Positions 32,801 to 64,000 of a DNA stretch of 64,000 bases are shown here, piece after piece. Under the pieces are notes generated by a model, which had not been told where the DNA came from, made no database searches, and saw only the letters and a list, made by a program, of their open reading frames with translations. Numbering within the stretch: position 1 is the stretch's first letter; every line of letters begins with the position of its first letter. This DNA comes from Macrostomum lignano (lineage: Eukaryota). A program made the translations under genes and the position numbers. Location of the stretch: positions 1 to 64,000 of the forward strand of contig NIVC01001402.1 in assembly GCA_002269645.1 (NCBI GenBank), written 5' to 3'.

Positions 32801-35800
32801 AGAATCGCCTGGTGAGAATCGCCTGGTGAGAATCGCCTGGTGAGAATCCCCTGGTGAGAATCGCCTGGTGAGAATCGCCTGGTGAGAATCGCCTGGTGAG
32901 AATCCCCTGGTGAGAATCGCCTGGTGAGAATCCCCTGGTAAGAATCCCCTGGTGAGAATCGCCTCGTGAGAATCCCCTGGTGAGAATCCCCTGGTGAGAA
33001 TCCACAGGTAAGAATCCCCTGGTGAGAATCCCCTGGTGAGAATCGCCTGGTGAGAATCCCCTGGTGAGAATCCCCTGGTGAGAATCCACAGGTAAGAATC
33101 CCCTGGTGAGAATCGCCTGGTGAGAATCGCCTGGTGAGAATCGCCTGGTGAGAATCCCCTGGTGAGAATCACCTGGTGAGAATCGCCTGGTGAGAATCGC
33201 CTGGTGAGAATCCCCTGGTGAGAATCCCCTGGTGAGAATCCCCTGGTGAGAATCCACAGGTAAGAATCCCCTGGTGAGAATCGCCTGGTGAGAATCGCCT
33301 GGTGAGAATCGCCTGGTGAGAATCCCCTGGTGAGAATCACCTGGTGAGAATCGCCTGGTGAGAATCGCCTGGTGAGAATCCCCTGGTGAGAATCCCCTGG
33401 TGAGAATCCCCTGGTGAGAATCCCCTGGTGAGAATCGCCTGGTGAGAATCGCCTGGTGAGAATCCACAGGTAAGAATCCCCTGTTGAGAATCGCCTGGTG
33501 AGAATCCGCGAAACTTTGGGCCCACAAGGGTGACGTCATGAAGTTACGACAGTGACCTCGTGCTTCCAGGTGCTTCAAATCGAATTGCTTGGCTCTGCAG
33601 AACTCACCGCTGTTGAAGCCGATGATCGCGCGACCCACGATGAGCAGCTCGTACACCTTGCAGTAGTAGGCGGCCATCTCGGCTGCCGCGCTGGCGAAGG
33701 CGAGCAAGTGGTTGATGAAGAGGCCTCGCCTGCGGCCGAACTTCTCAGCGAACACGCCACTGCTGAATGAGCCGAGGGCGCCGGCGCCCACGAAGGCGGA
33801 GATGATGACGGACCAAATCAGCGTCAGGAAGGTGGGCGCCGGCTCCACGCCGTTGCGCTCGGTGTAAGTCGCGTTGATGAAGCTCAGCAGAATCTGGGGG
33901 AAGGGGGACGCAGGTTATTGGCGGCTGCCTCAGTGCTTTGCCCGTTTATTTCTACTAAAAGTAGTTTGAACGAGCATGGAATTTCGCTTTACCTCGTAGG
34001 GCGTGTTGAGTTTGGACATGTTGTAGCCGTACATGGTGGAGGACAGGGCGGCCGTGATCACCGTCAGCAGCATGATTGGCGTCACCTGCCTGCGCAGCGT
34101 CTTCTTGGCCAGGCTGGTCTGCGGTGGGGAATTCGGTGGGGGATTGGGACGGGTGAGAGCTGGCATGCGGGGGAATTCGGTTGGGGATCGGGAGGGTGAG
34201 AGCTGGCATGCGGGGAATTCGGTTGGGGATCGGGAGGGTGAGAGCTGGCATGCGGGGAATTCGGTTGGGGATCGGGACGGATGAGAGCTGGCATGCGGGG
34301 AATTCGGTTGGGGATCGGGACGGATGAGAGCTGGCATGCGGGGAATTCGGTTGGGGATCGGGACGGGTGAGAGCTGGCATGCGGGGAATTCGGTTGGGGA
34401 TCGGGAGGGTGAGAGCTGGCATGCGGGGAATTCGGTTGGGGATCGGGACGGATGAGAGCTGGCATGCGGGGAATTCGGTTGGGGATCGGGACGGATGAGA
34501 GCTGGCATGCGGGGAATTCGGTTGGGGATCGGGACGGATGAGAGCTGGCATGCGGGGAATTCGGTTGGGGATCGGGACGGGTGAGAGCTGGCATGCGGGG
34601 AATTCGGTTGGGGATCGGGACGGATGAGAGCTGGCATGCGGGGAATTCGGTTGGGGATCGGGACGGATGAGAGCTGGCATGCGGGGAATTCGGTTGGGGA
34701 TCGGGACGGATGAGAGCTGGCATGCGGGGAATTCGGTTGGGGATCGGGACGGATGAGAGCTGGCATGCGGGGAATTCGGTTGGGGATCGGGACGGGTGAG
34801 AGCTGGCATGCGGGGAATTCGGTTGGGGATCGGGACGGATGAGAGCTGGCATGCGGGGAATTCGGTTGGGGATCAGGAGGGTGAGAGCTGGCATGCGTTG
34901 CGCCCATGAGTCTGCGGCATCAACGACAGCGCAACTACGGAGAGAGCAAGTTTTACTGCCTTTCTGCTCAGACAGCGGATGTGCAGGAATCCGGATCTGC
35001 TGCAGTTTTGGGATGCTGTTTCCAGGAAATTCAGTACAACCCGCCCATTTTAGGATATTGTTTCCAAGAAATCAATATTTTGTCTCAGCGGGCAAAAATT
35101 TGGCAATTTCTGAACGGCAGCTCCTACTTGATTGGTGAGACAGAAAGAACTTCCGGGAACCCGTGGAAGGAAACCAGGAGTTGATTAAGTGCAGACAGCT
35201 CACAACTGCAGCAATTTCGACCTGCACTATTTTCCCTGAGAGGCACTTCACTGTGACATTTATTGCATTTGCGGTCTCTTTGAAGTGACCTGACAAATTT
35301 TAAACCTTTAACAACAAATCTTCGCGAATTAAGTCATGCAAAACTGGACAAATATTCACTCCCAAGTTGCAGGCATCACGTGCAGGCGCACCCCCGCAAC
35401 ACGCCCCGGTGGGGGGCAGGCGGTGCAGAGGCCGGGGACCGAGGAGTTGCGGGCTGCGTTGTAAAACTCTGTTTACAGGCTGGCTGAGGTGCGCGCAGGT
35501 GCGCCACCTGAAGCTTTTATTGGCCTCATTGCCTCAGCCAGCCTGTGGTTTGTTTTTAAATGAAGGCAGCTCTTCAGCATCAGGTGCAAGCTTAGTGAGA
35601 GATCTGCTATTTGATTTGCCCTATTCACCGGCATGCACTACATGTGGCTTTTGCATGCTGTATTGAAATAGACACCTTGAGTTACCTCGGTGCCCATGGA
35701 TTCACTTTCCTGGAAACACAGAGTTTGCTGGTTAGTTAAAGCTATACAGCTGTGCTGTTGCAGTATCAGCTCTGCATCGTGAGCCCAATGGTGCCCAGAC

Positions 35801-35888
35801 TCACAATTGAGGCCATGGTCGGGTCGGCCTTCACGTCCAGCTCATGGGTGCTGTGGATGAAGTTGTGCGGGACGCTCCAAGTGCTCAT
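29814..35888 (-). CDS. SLC2A/GLUT-family sugar porter (MFS)
   Basis: Seven phase-consistent exons: 35888-35805, 34118-33993, 33893-33608, 32584-32444, 32263-31634, 30492-30365, 30164-29814. Motifs YGYN, FGRR, GR.IIG, Y..EVSP...RG, PESPRYL, QQWSGINA, GRRKL, LPES. Confidence 0.92.
30207..30339. repeat. 20-bp array (ccactgactgcactgaattg) in the last GLUT intron
   Basis: Visible. Confidence 0.9.
30520..31528. repeat. 20-bp array (ctactcaagtctgttcgatt) in a GLUT intron
   Basis: About 50 copies; source of ORFs 30341-32105. Confidence 0.95.
32741..33506. repeat. 15-bp array (cctggtgagaatcsc-like) in a GLUT intron
   Basis: Visible. Confidence 0.95.
34125..34897. repeat. 43-bp array in GLUT intron 1
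   Basis: gggaattcggttggggatcgggacggatgagagctggcatgcg. Confidence 0.95.
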
Positions 35889-35999
35889 CTTTCCGGTCCG
35901 TCTGCAGTGGTTGCCGGGTGCTTGGCTGAGACTGAAGTTCCAGTTCTCCTTGCTGCTTGCCGAAGAAACTTTGAGGGCTTATCAGGCTGGCCCCGCACC

Positions 36000-36050
36000 G
36001 AGCCAAATTATAGACTGGGTGCGCACAGCCACCCCGGCTGGGCCAGCCAA
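36000..36050 (-). promoter_or_regulatory. Possible TATA and CCAAT-like core promoter of the GLUT gene
   Basis: The minus strand reads CCCATTGG...CTATAATTT about 120-160 bp upstream of the ATG at 35888. Confidence 0.3.
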
Positions 36051-36120
36051 TGGGGGCGGCCGGTGCCTGTGGGGGGGGGCTGCGGCTGCTTGAGCTGCGC
36101 AGGCTGAGTGCGAGCGGTGC

Positions 36121-36480
36121 GGGAGTGAGCATGAGTGAGATAGTGAGTGAGCATGAATGGGATAGTGAGTGAGCATGAGTGGGATAGTGAGTGAGCATGA
36201 ATGGGATAGTGAGTGAGCATGAATGGGATAGTGAGTGAGCATGAGTGGGATAGTCAGTGAGCATGTATGGGATAGTGAGTGAGCATGAATGGGATAGTGA
36301 GTGAGCATGAATGGGATAGTGAGTGAGCATGAATGGGATAGTGAGTGAGCATGAGTGGGATAGTGAGTGAGCATGTATGGGATAGTGAGTGAGCATGAAT
36401 GGGATAGTGAGTGAGCAGTCTGTGAATGGGATAGTGAGTGAGGAGCCTGTGAATACTATAGGATAGTGAGTGAGTAGCCT
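36121..36480. repeat. 22-bp array (gggatagtgagtgagcatgart)
   Basis: Visible. Confidence 0.9.
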
Positions 36481-37454
36481 GTCAATAAGATAGAGGTCGA
36501 ACTAAATAAATTATTACATTTTGTTTGCACTTCAAGAGAATAAAATACTTACGCAGTAGATATCCTGAGGCGGTTCGACACGCCGGATTCTCAAACCAAT
36601 TCAGCCTCAGTTCGTATAAACCGCATGCAAAAAAGCTTCAAACGCCAGCATTTCCTCCACTACACTACTGACCAGTAGCACACCTAAGTAGTATGCTAGT
36701 AGCTGTTTTCCATGCCTAATTTTCCCACTCGGGGAGTCCAATTTCAGGACCGAGCTTCCATCCGGCTTAAGCCATCCGGCGGTGCCGCCCCCCTCCCAAT
36801 CCGCGCCACTTTGCACTCGCACTGGCCGCCCGATTGCAGAACTCGGCCGCCTCAGACCCCTAATTGTTCGCCTAATCTTATCAGCCTGCCGAAAACAGTC
36901 AGCCGCTGCGTGCTCAAAACTTCCTTTGAGCGCGTGTTTTTATGACCGCAAACTCCGGTGGCAGCGGCGGGCCGCCCCGCTCAGCTCTGCACTTTGGGGC
37001 AGCCGATCATGCGGCCGGCGCGTGACCTCCAGAGCCGCTGAGTGCGGCCTGTTTTTCCTGAGGGCTGAGCTGCGCTAGGAGCATCCCTGGCCGCTCATGC
37101 AGAGTGCACTGTTTGAGCATTTCCAAACAAAAATATTGTGGTAAATAAGCTGGGCAGGACCTGCCTGCGGTGCCGCAGTTGGTGTGGCAGCCGGTGCCCG
37201 CGCTTAGTGCAGCCTGCCTGGCAACTGACTGCTTCTCCCTGCCAGTCTCGGCAGGCAATTGTGTTCTCGCTGCAGAGTTTATGACCTGCCATATTTGGCA
37301 GTGCACAGATTCTGATACTGGCTGCGGATTGTCAGCCTGGAGCTTTTGGTGAACTTGACAAATGTTAAAATAGACATTTTTTTCAAAACATTGCACTTTG
37401 TAGCTTCGCAAGGGCTGTCCGCATAGATCGAAGGTAAATGGCAACACGCCTGGC

Positions 37455-38618
37455 CCGCTGTGCTAGTTAAAGTTTAGTTCAGTTTGGTTTAGTTTAGTTT
37501 AGTTTAGTTTAGTTAAAGTTTAGTTTAGTTTGGTTTAGTTTAGTTTAGTTTAGTTTAGTTAAAGTTTAGTTTAGCTTGGTTTAGTTTAGTTTAGTTTAGT
37601 TTAGTTAAAGTTTAGTTCAGTTTGGTTTAGTTTAGTTTAGTTTAGTTTAGTTAAAGTTTAGTTCAGTTTGGTTTAGTTTAGTTTAGTTTAGTTTAGTTAA
37701 AGTTTAGTTTAGCTTGGTTTAGTTTAGTTTAGTTTAGTTTAGTTAAAGTTTAGTTCAGTTTGGTTTAGTTTAGTTTAGTTTAGTTTAGTTAAAGTTTAGT
37801 TCAGTTTGGTTTAGTTTAGTTTAGTTTAGTTTAGTTAAAGTTTAGTTCAGTTTGGTTTAGTTTAGTTTAGTTTAGTTTAGTTAAAGTTTAGTTCAGTTTG
37901 GTTTAGTTTAGTTTAGTTTAGTTTAGTTAAAGTTTAGTTCAGTTTGGTTTAGTTTAGTTTAGTTTAGTTTAGTTAAAGTTTAGTTCAGTTTGGTTTAGTT
38001 TAGTTTAGTTTAGTTTAGTTAAAGTTTAGTTCAGTTTGGTTTAGTTTAGTTTAGTTTAGTTTAGTTAAAGTTTAGTTTAGCTTGGTTTAGTTTAGTTTAG
38101 TTTAGTTTAGCTTACCGTAGTTTAGGTTAGTTTAGTTTGGTTTGGTTTAGTTTAGTTTAGTTTAGTTTAGTTAAAGTTTAGTTCAGTTTGGTTTAGTTTA
38201 GTTTAGTTTAGTTTAGTTAAAGTTTAGTTCAGTTTGGTTTAGTTTAGTTTAGTTTAGTTTAGTTAAAGTTTAGTTCAGTTTGGTTTAGTTTAGTTTAGTT
38301 TAGCTTACCGTAGTTTAGGTTAGTTTAGTTTGGTTTGGTTTAGTTTAGTTTAGTTTAGTTTTGTTTTGTTTAGTTTAGTTTAGTTTAGTTTGGTTTGGTT
38401 TAGTTTAGTTTAGTTTAGTTTAGTTTAGTTTAGTTTAGTTTAGTTTAGTTTAGTTTAGCTTACCGTAGTTTAGGTTAGTTTAGTTTAGTTTAGCTTACCG
38501 TAGTTTAGGTTATTTTAGTTTAGTTTAGTTTAGTTTAGTTTAGCTTACCGTAGTTTAGGTTATTTTAGTTTAGTTTAGTTTAGTTTAGTTTAGCTTACCG
38601 TAGTTTAGGTTAGTTTAG
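37455..38618. repeat. (TTTAG)n pentamer satellite with a ~46-bp higher-order unit; expanded SINE tail
   Basis: Visible; directly abuts the SINE 3' end. Confidence 0.9.
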
Positions 38619-38862
38619 CCCGATTACAGCAGGGTGAACTGCAGCTCAGCTAAATTTTCAGTCAGTCCAAGGACTGGGGGGTCGCCAAACGCACCCTCAA
38701 TTGCCCCAGCTAATGCTGGCACCCATTTTACAGCTGGGTGAACTGAAGCAATGCAGAGTTAAGTGTCTTACTCAAGGACACAAATTTTTCCAGTCGGATT
38801 GGGAATCGAACCCCGACCCTTTAGTCGTGAGTCCGACGCTCCAACCACTGGGCTGCAACTCC
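38619..38862 (-). mobile_element. tRNA-derived CORE-like SINE
   Basis: The minus strand has an A-box-like AGCCCAGTGGTTGGAGCG, B-box GGTTCGATTCCC, a CORE-like GTGTCCTTGAGTAAGACACTTAAC...CCCAGCTGTAAAATGGG, then a (CTAAA)n tail. Confidence 0.8.
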
Positions 38863-39560
38863 TTAAACTTCTATGGATTGGCCTTGACCTTTCATGTAAC
38901 TTGCCGCAGAAGCGTACAGAAAGCTCCAGAACAGCCAGTCCTGAGAGGCGCCACGAGCTTAGAGAGTTCCAGTTGCCGAAATGAAAAGCAGGAAAATCAA
39001 TTAGCACAAACTACTCACAGTAGTCAGTAAAGTCTGTATTTAATAGTGAAACCGAGTTGCAAAAAGTCCAGTTCTGTTCCACAGTCGCTTTAGGCAGGCA
39101 ACACGTGAAAGGGGGTGGAGAATTCGAATTGCAGCGAAAGTGAAATTGGAGGCTGAACTGCAGGGGTGGGTGTGAAAGAGCGCCTGTCAGCAACCCTGCC
39201 TGACAGTCTGTAGGCAGCAGAAAACAGTCAAAACGGGATCCAGTTCTGGGACTGCTCGGGCCTGGAGGACAGGGCCGATGGCTCAGCCATTTTTCCAGCA
39301 GCGCTTCTAGAAGTAAAAATCTCTGCAAGCTCCGCAGCAGAAAGTACGAGCCCGAAGCAAACAGATGACGCGGGGCTGCGAGACTGAGCGGATGAGTCGT
39401 CAAGAAGCCACACAGAAGAAGCAAAGCGCCTGTTTTAAACTTTCAGAAAATTCTGCGGCATTTAATAAAGCAAAATTGAAAGTAAAGTTAAAAATCTATT
39501 AGAATATTCTGTGCTACTTGCAGTAGGATATGACGCGATAATTTCAGATTCTAGAAAAGC

Positions 39561-57580
<18,020 letters not shown>

Positions 57581-57606
57581 CTGAAGCTTTGGGGAGGAAG
57601 AGGAAG

Positions 57607-57870
57607 AGATCACGGATGGCCTCAGAGAGGGATCACGGATGGCCTCAGAGAGGGATCACGGATGGCCTCAGAGAGGGATCACGGATGGCCTCAGAGAGGG
57701 ATCACGGATGGCCTCAGAGATGGATCACGGATGGCCTCAGAGAGGGATCACGGATGGCCTCAGAGAGGGATCACGGATGGCCTCAGAGATGGATCACGGA
57801 TGGCCTCAGAGAGGGATCACGGATGGCCTCAGAGAGGGATCACGGATAGCCTCAGAGAGGGATCACGGAT
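57607..57870. repeat. 23-bp array upstream of the TRPC first coding exon
   Basis: gatcacggatggcctcagagagg. Confidence 0.95.
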
Positions 57871-58394
57871 GGGTCTTTTGACAGATCCCAGATGGAACTT
57901 CTCACCTGTGAAAACGCCGACTCCAAACAGCCTCTATTCGGAAGCCCTCTTGCCGACCAGACCAGCTCAGACAGAGAGAGTTACGGAAATCAACGTGAAT
58001 CCCGGATCGGGGCGCAGACGCAGATCTGCCACAGCAGCCCCGCCCTGTATGTCTGCTCGAATCATTCGGGCAGCTGAGGTGAGAGCTGAGTTCTTCTTTA
58101 TCACTCCGCTTCCCCTCACCCCCAGCTGCTCTGCACCAATGGGATCAGCTGGCCAACGACCCCAAGGTGAAGCGCAGGTGCTCAATCCAAGCTGATGTGA
58201 GTCCGGCCTTCGTCGATTCCCCAGCCACCGCCTTTAATCCTCCGCTTCTCTATCCTCTGATTGCAATTCTCCATCATGAGCTCGAGCTCATCATCTGCAG
58301 CTAATCGGGTTTGCTAATCCGGACTTTTACAACTTCATTACCGGCTGTCGGTGGCCTGTGCAATGCGGAACCGCCGACTGGGAACTTGCCAATG

Positions 58395-58600
58395 ACTGGC
58401 TAACTCTGTTGTTGGGGCACCGGCTAACTCTGTTGTTGGGGCACTGGCTAACTCTGTTGTTGGGGCACTGGCTAACTCTGTTGTTGGGGCACTGGCTAAC
58501 TCTGTTGTTGGGGCACCGGCTAACTCTGTTGTTGGGGCACCGGCTAACTCTGTTGTTGGGGCACCGGCTAACTCTGTTGTTGGGGCATCGGCTAACTCTG
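58395..58600. repeat. 24-bp array
   Basis: ggctaactctgttgttggggcacy. Confidence 0.9.
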
Positions 58601-58800
58601 TCGGGCACAGGGGCACCAAGAAACTGGAGCACTGGGGACTGGGGCACTGGGGCACTGGGGCTCTGGGGCACTGTCTAATTGTGCAAGGTAATACAGCAAA
58701 AATTGTGAAATGTAGTCGAGGTTAATCAGCCCTTAATGAGCCCTGAATGCTAAATAGGAGTTGCCAATTGATGAAATTCAGAGCATGAACTCAGACTCAC

Positions 58801-58897
58801 CCAGTGCTGCATCATTCATGAACGGAGGCTCCTTCGGTCCCGGCGGCTCAAGGCCAATCTGCAACTCCCCTGCATCGCTGTACATGTAGGACCCGTT
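58801..58897 (-). other. Candidate orphan 97-nt exon (TRPC 5' region or unknown gene)
   Basis: Flanked by tcag| and |gtgagt; open as NGSYMYSDAGELQIGLEPPGPKEPPFMNDAAL; no family recognised. Confidence 0.35.
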
Positions 58898-59149
58898 CTG
58901 ACATATCGCAATTTTCCTCAGAAAATTTAATCTGAGGAAATATTATACTATATATATATATATGTGTAGCTAGTTTTAATTCTGCAGAAACGAAATTAAG
59001 GAAAACGGGCAGTCATTTTTGTAGCCTGGAAGCGGACCCGGTAATCTGGCGCATTGAATGAAAATGGGAGTCCTGCGTGCTGCATAGCAACTGGCCTCCT
59101 GTCTGGCTTAGCTTAACTCCAGCTACAAAGGAATACGAGTAATTTGGGT

Positions 59150-59410
59150 TGCAATCAGTCTTGGCGAGTTGGGTGGGTGCGCAATCAAACTTGGCGGGTG
59201 GGGTGGGTGCGCAATTAAACTTGGCGGGTGGGGTGGGTGCGCAATCAGTCTTGGCGGATGGGGTGGGTGCGCAATCAAACTTGGCGGGTGGGGTGGGTGT
59301 GCAATCAGTCTTGGCGAGTTGGGTGGGTGCGCAATCAGTCTTGGCGGGTGGGTGGGTGCGCAATCAGTCTTGGCGGGTGGGTGGGTGCGCAATCAGTTTT
59401 GGCGGGTGGG
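59150..59410. repeat. 30-bp G-rich array
   Basis: Visible. Confidence 0.9.
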
Positions 59411-60068
59411 ATGGGTGTACAGTCAGACTTGGATGAGTGCCCCTAGAAAGCAAATGTTCTCAGCCAGGGGCAGGTAGCAGTTAGCTGATGTACATGTACA
59501 TGTACATTAGCTTTAGAGTACACAAACTACAAATGTAGCACAGTTTTGACGGTGTCAGAGCATTTTCTGCAGTGCAACGTTTTCAAGGATTTTCTACAAA
59601 AGAGCGGCTTGAAGAGCGGCTGTCCTTTCAAGGAAATTAATAAACCTGAGTAGCAGCTGCGAGCTCAGGCCAAAAGGTTGAGATTAAGCAGATCAGATTT
59701 CCCAGCGCTCCCAGCCCGGGGATCAAAATCTCAACTTTTGGCAGGTTGAGTTCCCCGTTCGATCTCCTGCTGAGCAGTGATTGATGGCGCAAATTTTTCT
59801 TGGAGCGGCTGCGCCAGGAGCTGCGATTGAGTAAAAATGAGCAAAGAAAGCTGTGCTGATTTGCGACTGGAAAATTGGATGAAGAAAGAAAAACAGAAAC
59901 AGAGCTTTGATGCAGCCAGCTTTATTCGATGCAGGAACACAGTAGACTGTACGGACGCCAGCTTCCTCCTTTTGGCTTAAACATTTTCTATTGAAAATAA
60001 TTAACTCGAAATTGGAAATCAAAGGAAATTTTCTGCCTTTTACATCCTAGCAAAATATATCGACGCAC

Positions 60069-60338
60069 ATGGCTACAGACTGACAGCATCATGGCTACAG
60101 ACTGACAGCATCATGGCTACAGACTGACAGCATCATGGCTACAGACTGACAGCATCATGGCTACAGACTGACAGCATCATGGCTACAGACTGACAGCATC
60201 ATGGCTACAGACTGACAGCATCATGGCTACAGACTGACAGCATCATGGCTACAGACTGACAGCATCATGGCTACAGACTGACAGCATCATGGCTACAGAC
60301 TGACAGCATCATGGCTACAGACTGACAGCATCATGGCT
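60069..60338. repeat. 22-bp perfect array
   Basis: atggctacagactgacagcatc, about 12 copies. Confidence 0.95.
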
Positions 60339-60929
60339 GATTCAGCTGACCCGGGCATGAAGGAGAATGGGGCTCAAATATTTCGAGTTGGCGACATGCA
60401 AGACTCCAAAAATGATTAGAAAACGTTTCGAGAAAATGGCAAAAAATGAAAATAGTTGATCGACAAAATAACAAGGCACGAAAATAATCTGGTCAAAGGC
60501 AAAGGAAAAATAATAATATGTCTGACCTGACGCGGAACTGCAGCACCAAAGCCTGGGCTGCTCCTGGCGCTTTGCGATTTGATGAAAAAAGAGAATGAAT
60601 GAATTGCCGGACGGAATGAGCGGAAAATTTACACAGCACGGATTCGGCAGAGCCTTGAGGGACGAGTAGGTTAAAAATATATATATGTACACTGTATGTC
60701 TGCGCTCACCTACTACTAGTAGCAACGTAAAAATTTGCTATCATCATAAGAAGTATCAATAATTATCATTTAGAAAATAAAACAGTAAGAGCAAATAAAA
60801 CCAATCGCAATGTGAGTTAGCTGCAAATTCTCTACAAGCATGCACTGCTTCCGCTCCGGGTCACGAGATGCCTGCCACGCGAGCTATTGCAATCATTTTA
60901 ACAGTCTGGAAGTCTGTCACGTGACCCGG

Positions 60930-63978
<3,049 letters not shown>

Positions 63979-64000
63979 AGTTTATTTGACTTAAAGTTTA

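Noticed and set aside
37455-38618. Interstitial telomere
   Set aside because: The unit is TTTAG with only occasional TTAGG, and it is continuous with a SINE tail
38780-38862. tRNA gene
   Set aside because: A and B boxes run into CORE-like SINE body sequence; no clean cloverleaf or terminator

Overview
Animal (eukaryotic) genomic DNA with GC/CpG-rich exons and introns filled by private tandem arrays. The style resembles a Macrostomum-type flatworm long-read assembly (inference only). Hand-built spliced models: a DUF4587/C21orf58-like gene (-), a degenerate PHOSPHO1/2-like HAD phosphatase (+), a PHRF1/SCAF-like RS/SRI-domain gene (-), alpha-tubulin acetyltransferase ATAT1/mec-17 (+, 9 phase-consistent coding exons), a very divergent alpha-tubulin (-) lying entirely inside ATAT1 intron 6, an SLC2A/GLUT transporter (-), a TRPC channel (-) and FoxJ2/3 (-). 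Mobile DNA: an intact young Gypsy element, a non-autonomous Helitron carrying satellites, a Merlin DNA transposon with 8-bp TSD, and a CORE-like SINE. Strongest leads: (1) the ~10 kb TE block at 8.3-18.0 kb has lost almost all CpG and shows CpA/TpG-to-TpA changes reminiscent of fungal RIP; (2) an alpha-tubulin that keeps a K40-equivalent lysine is nested antisense in the gene of the K40 acetyltransferase; (3) two TRPC intron arrays are amplified copies of real splice sites, and in both the copy nearest the real site has lost its invariant dinucleotide. Several single-base frameshifts in G/C runs are probably assembly errors. All alignments and counts were done by eye; no database searches were run.
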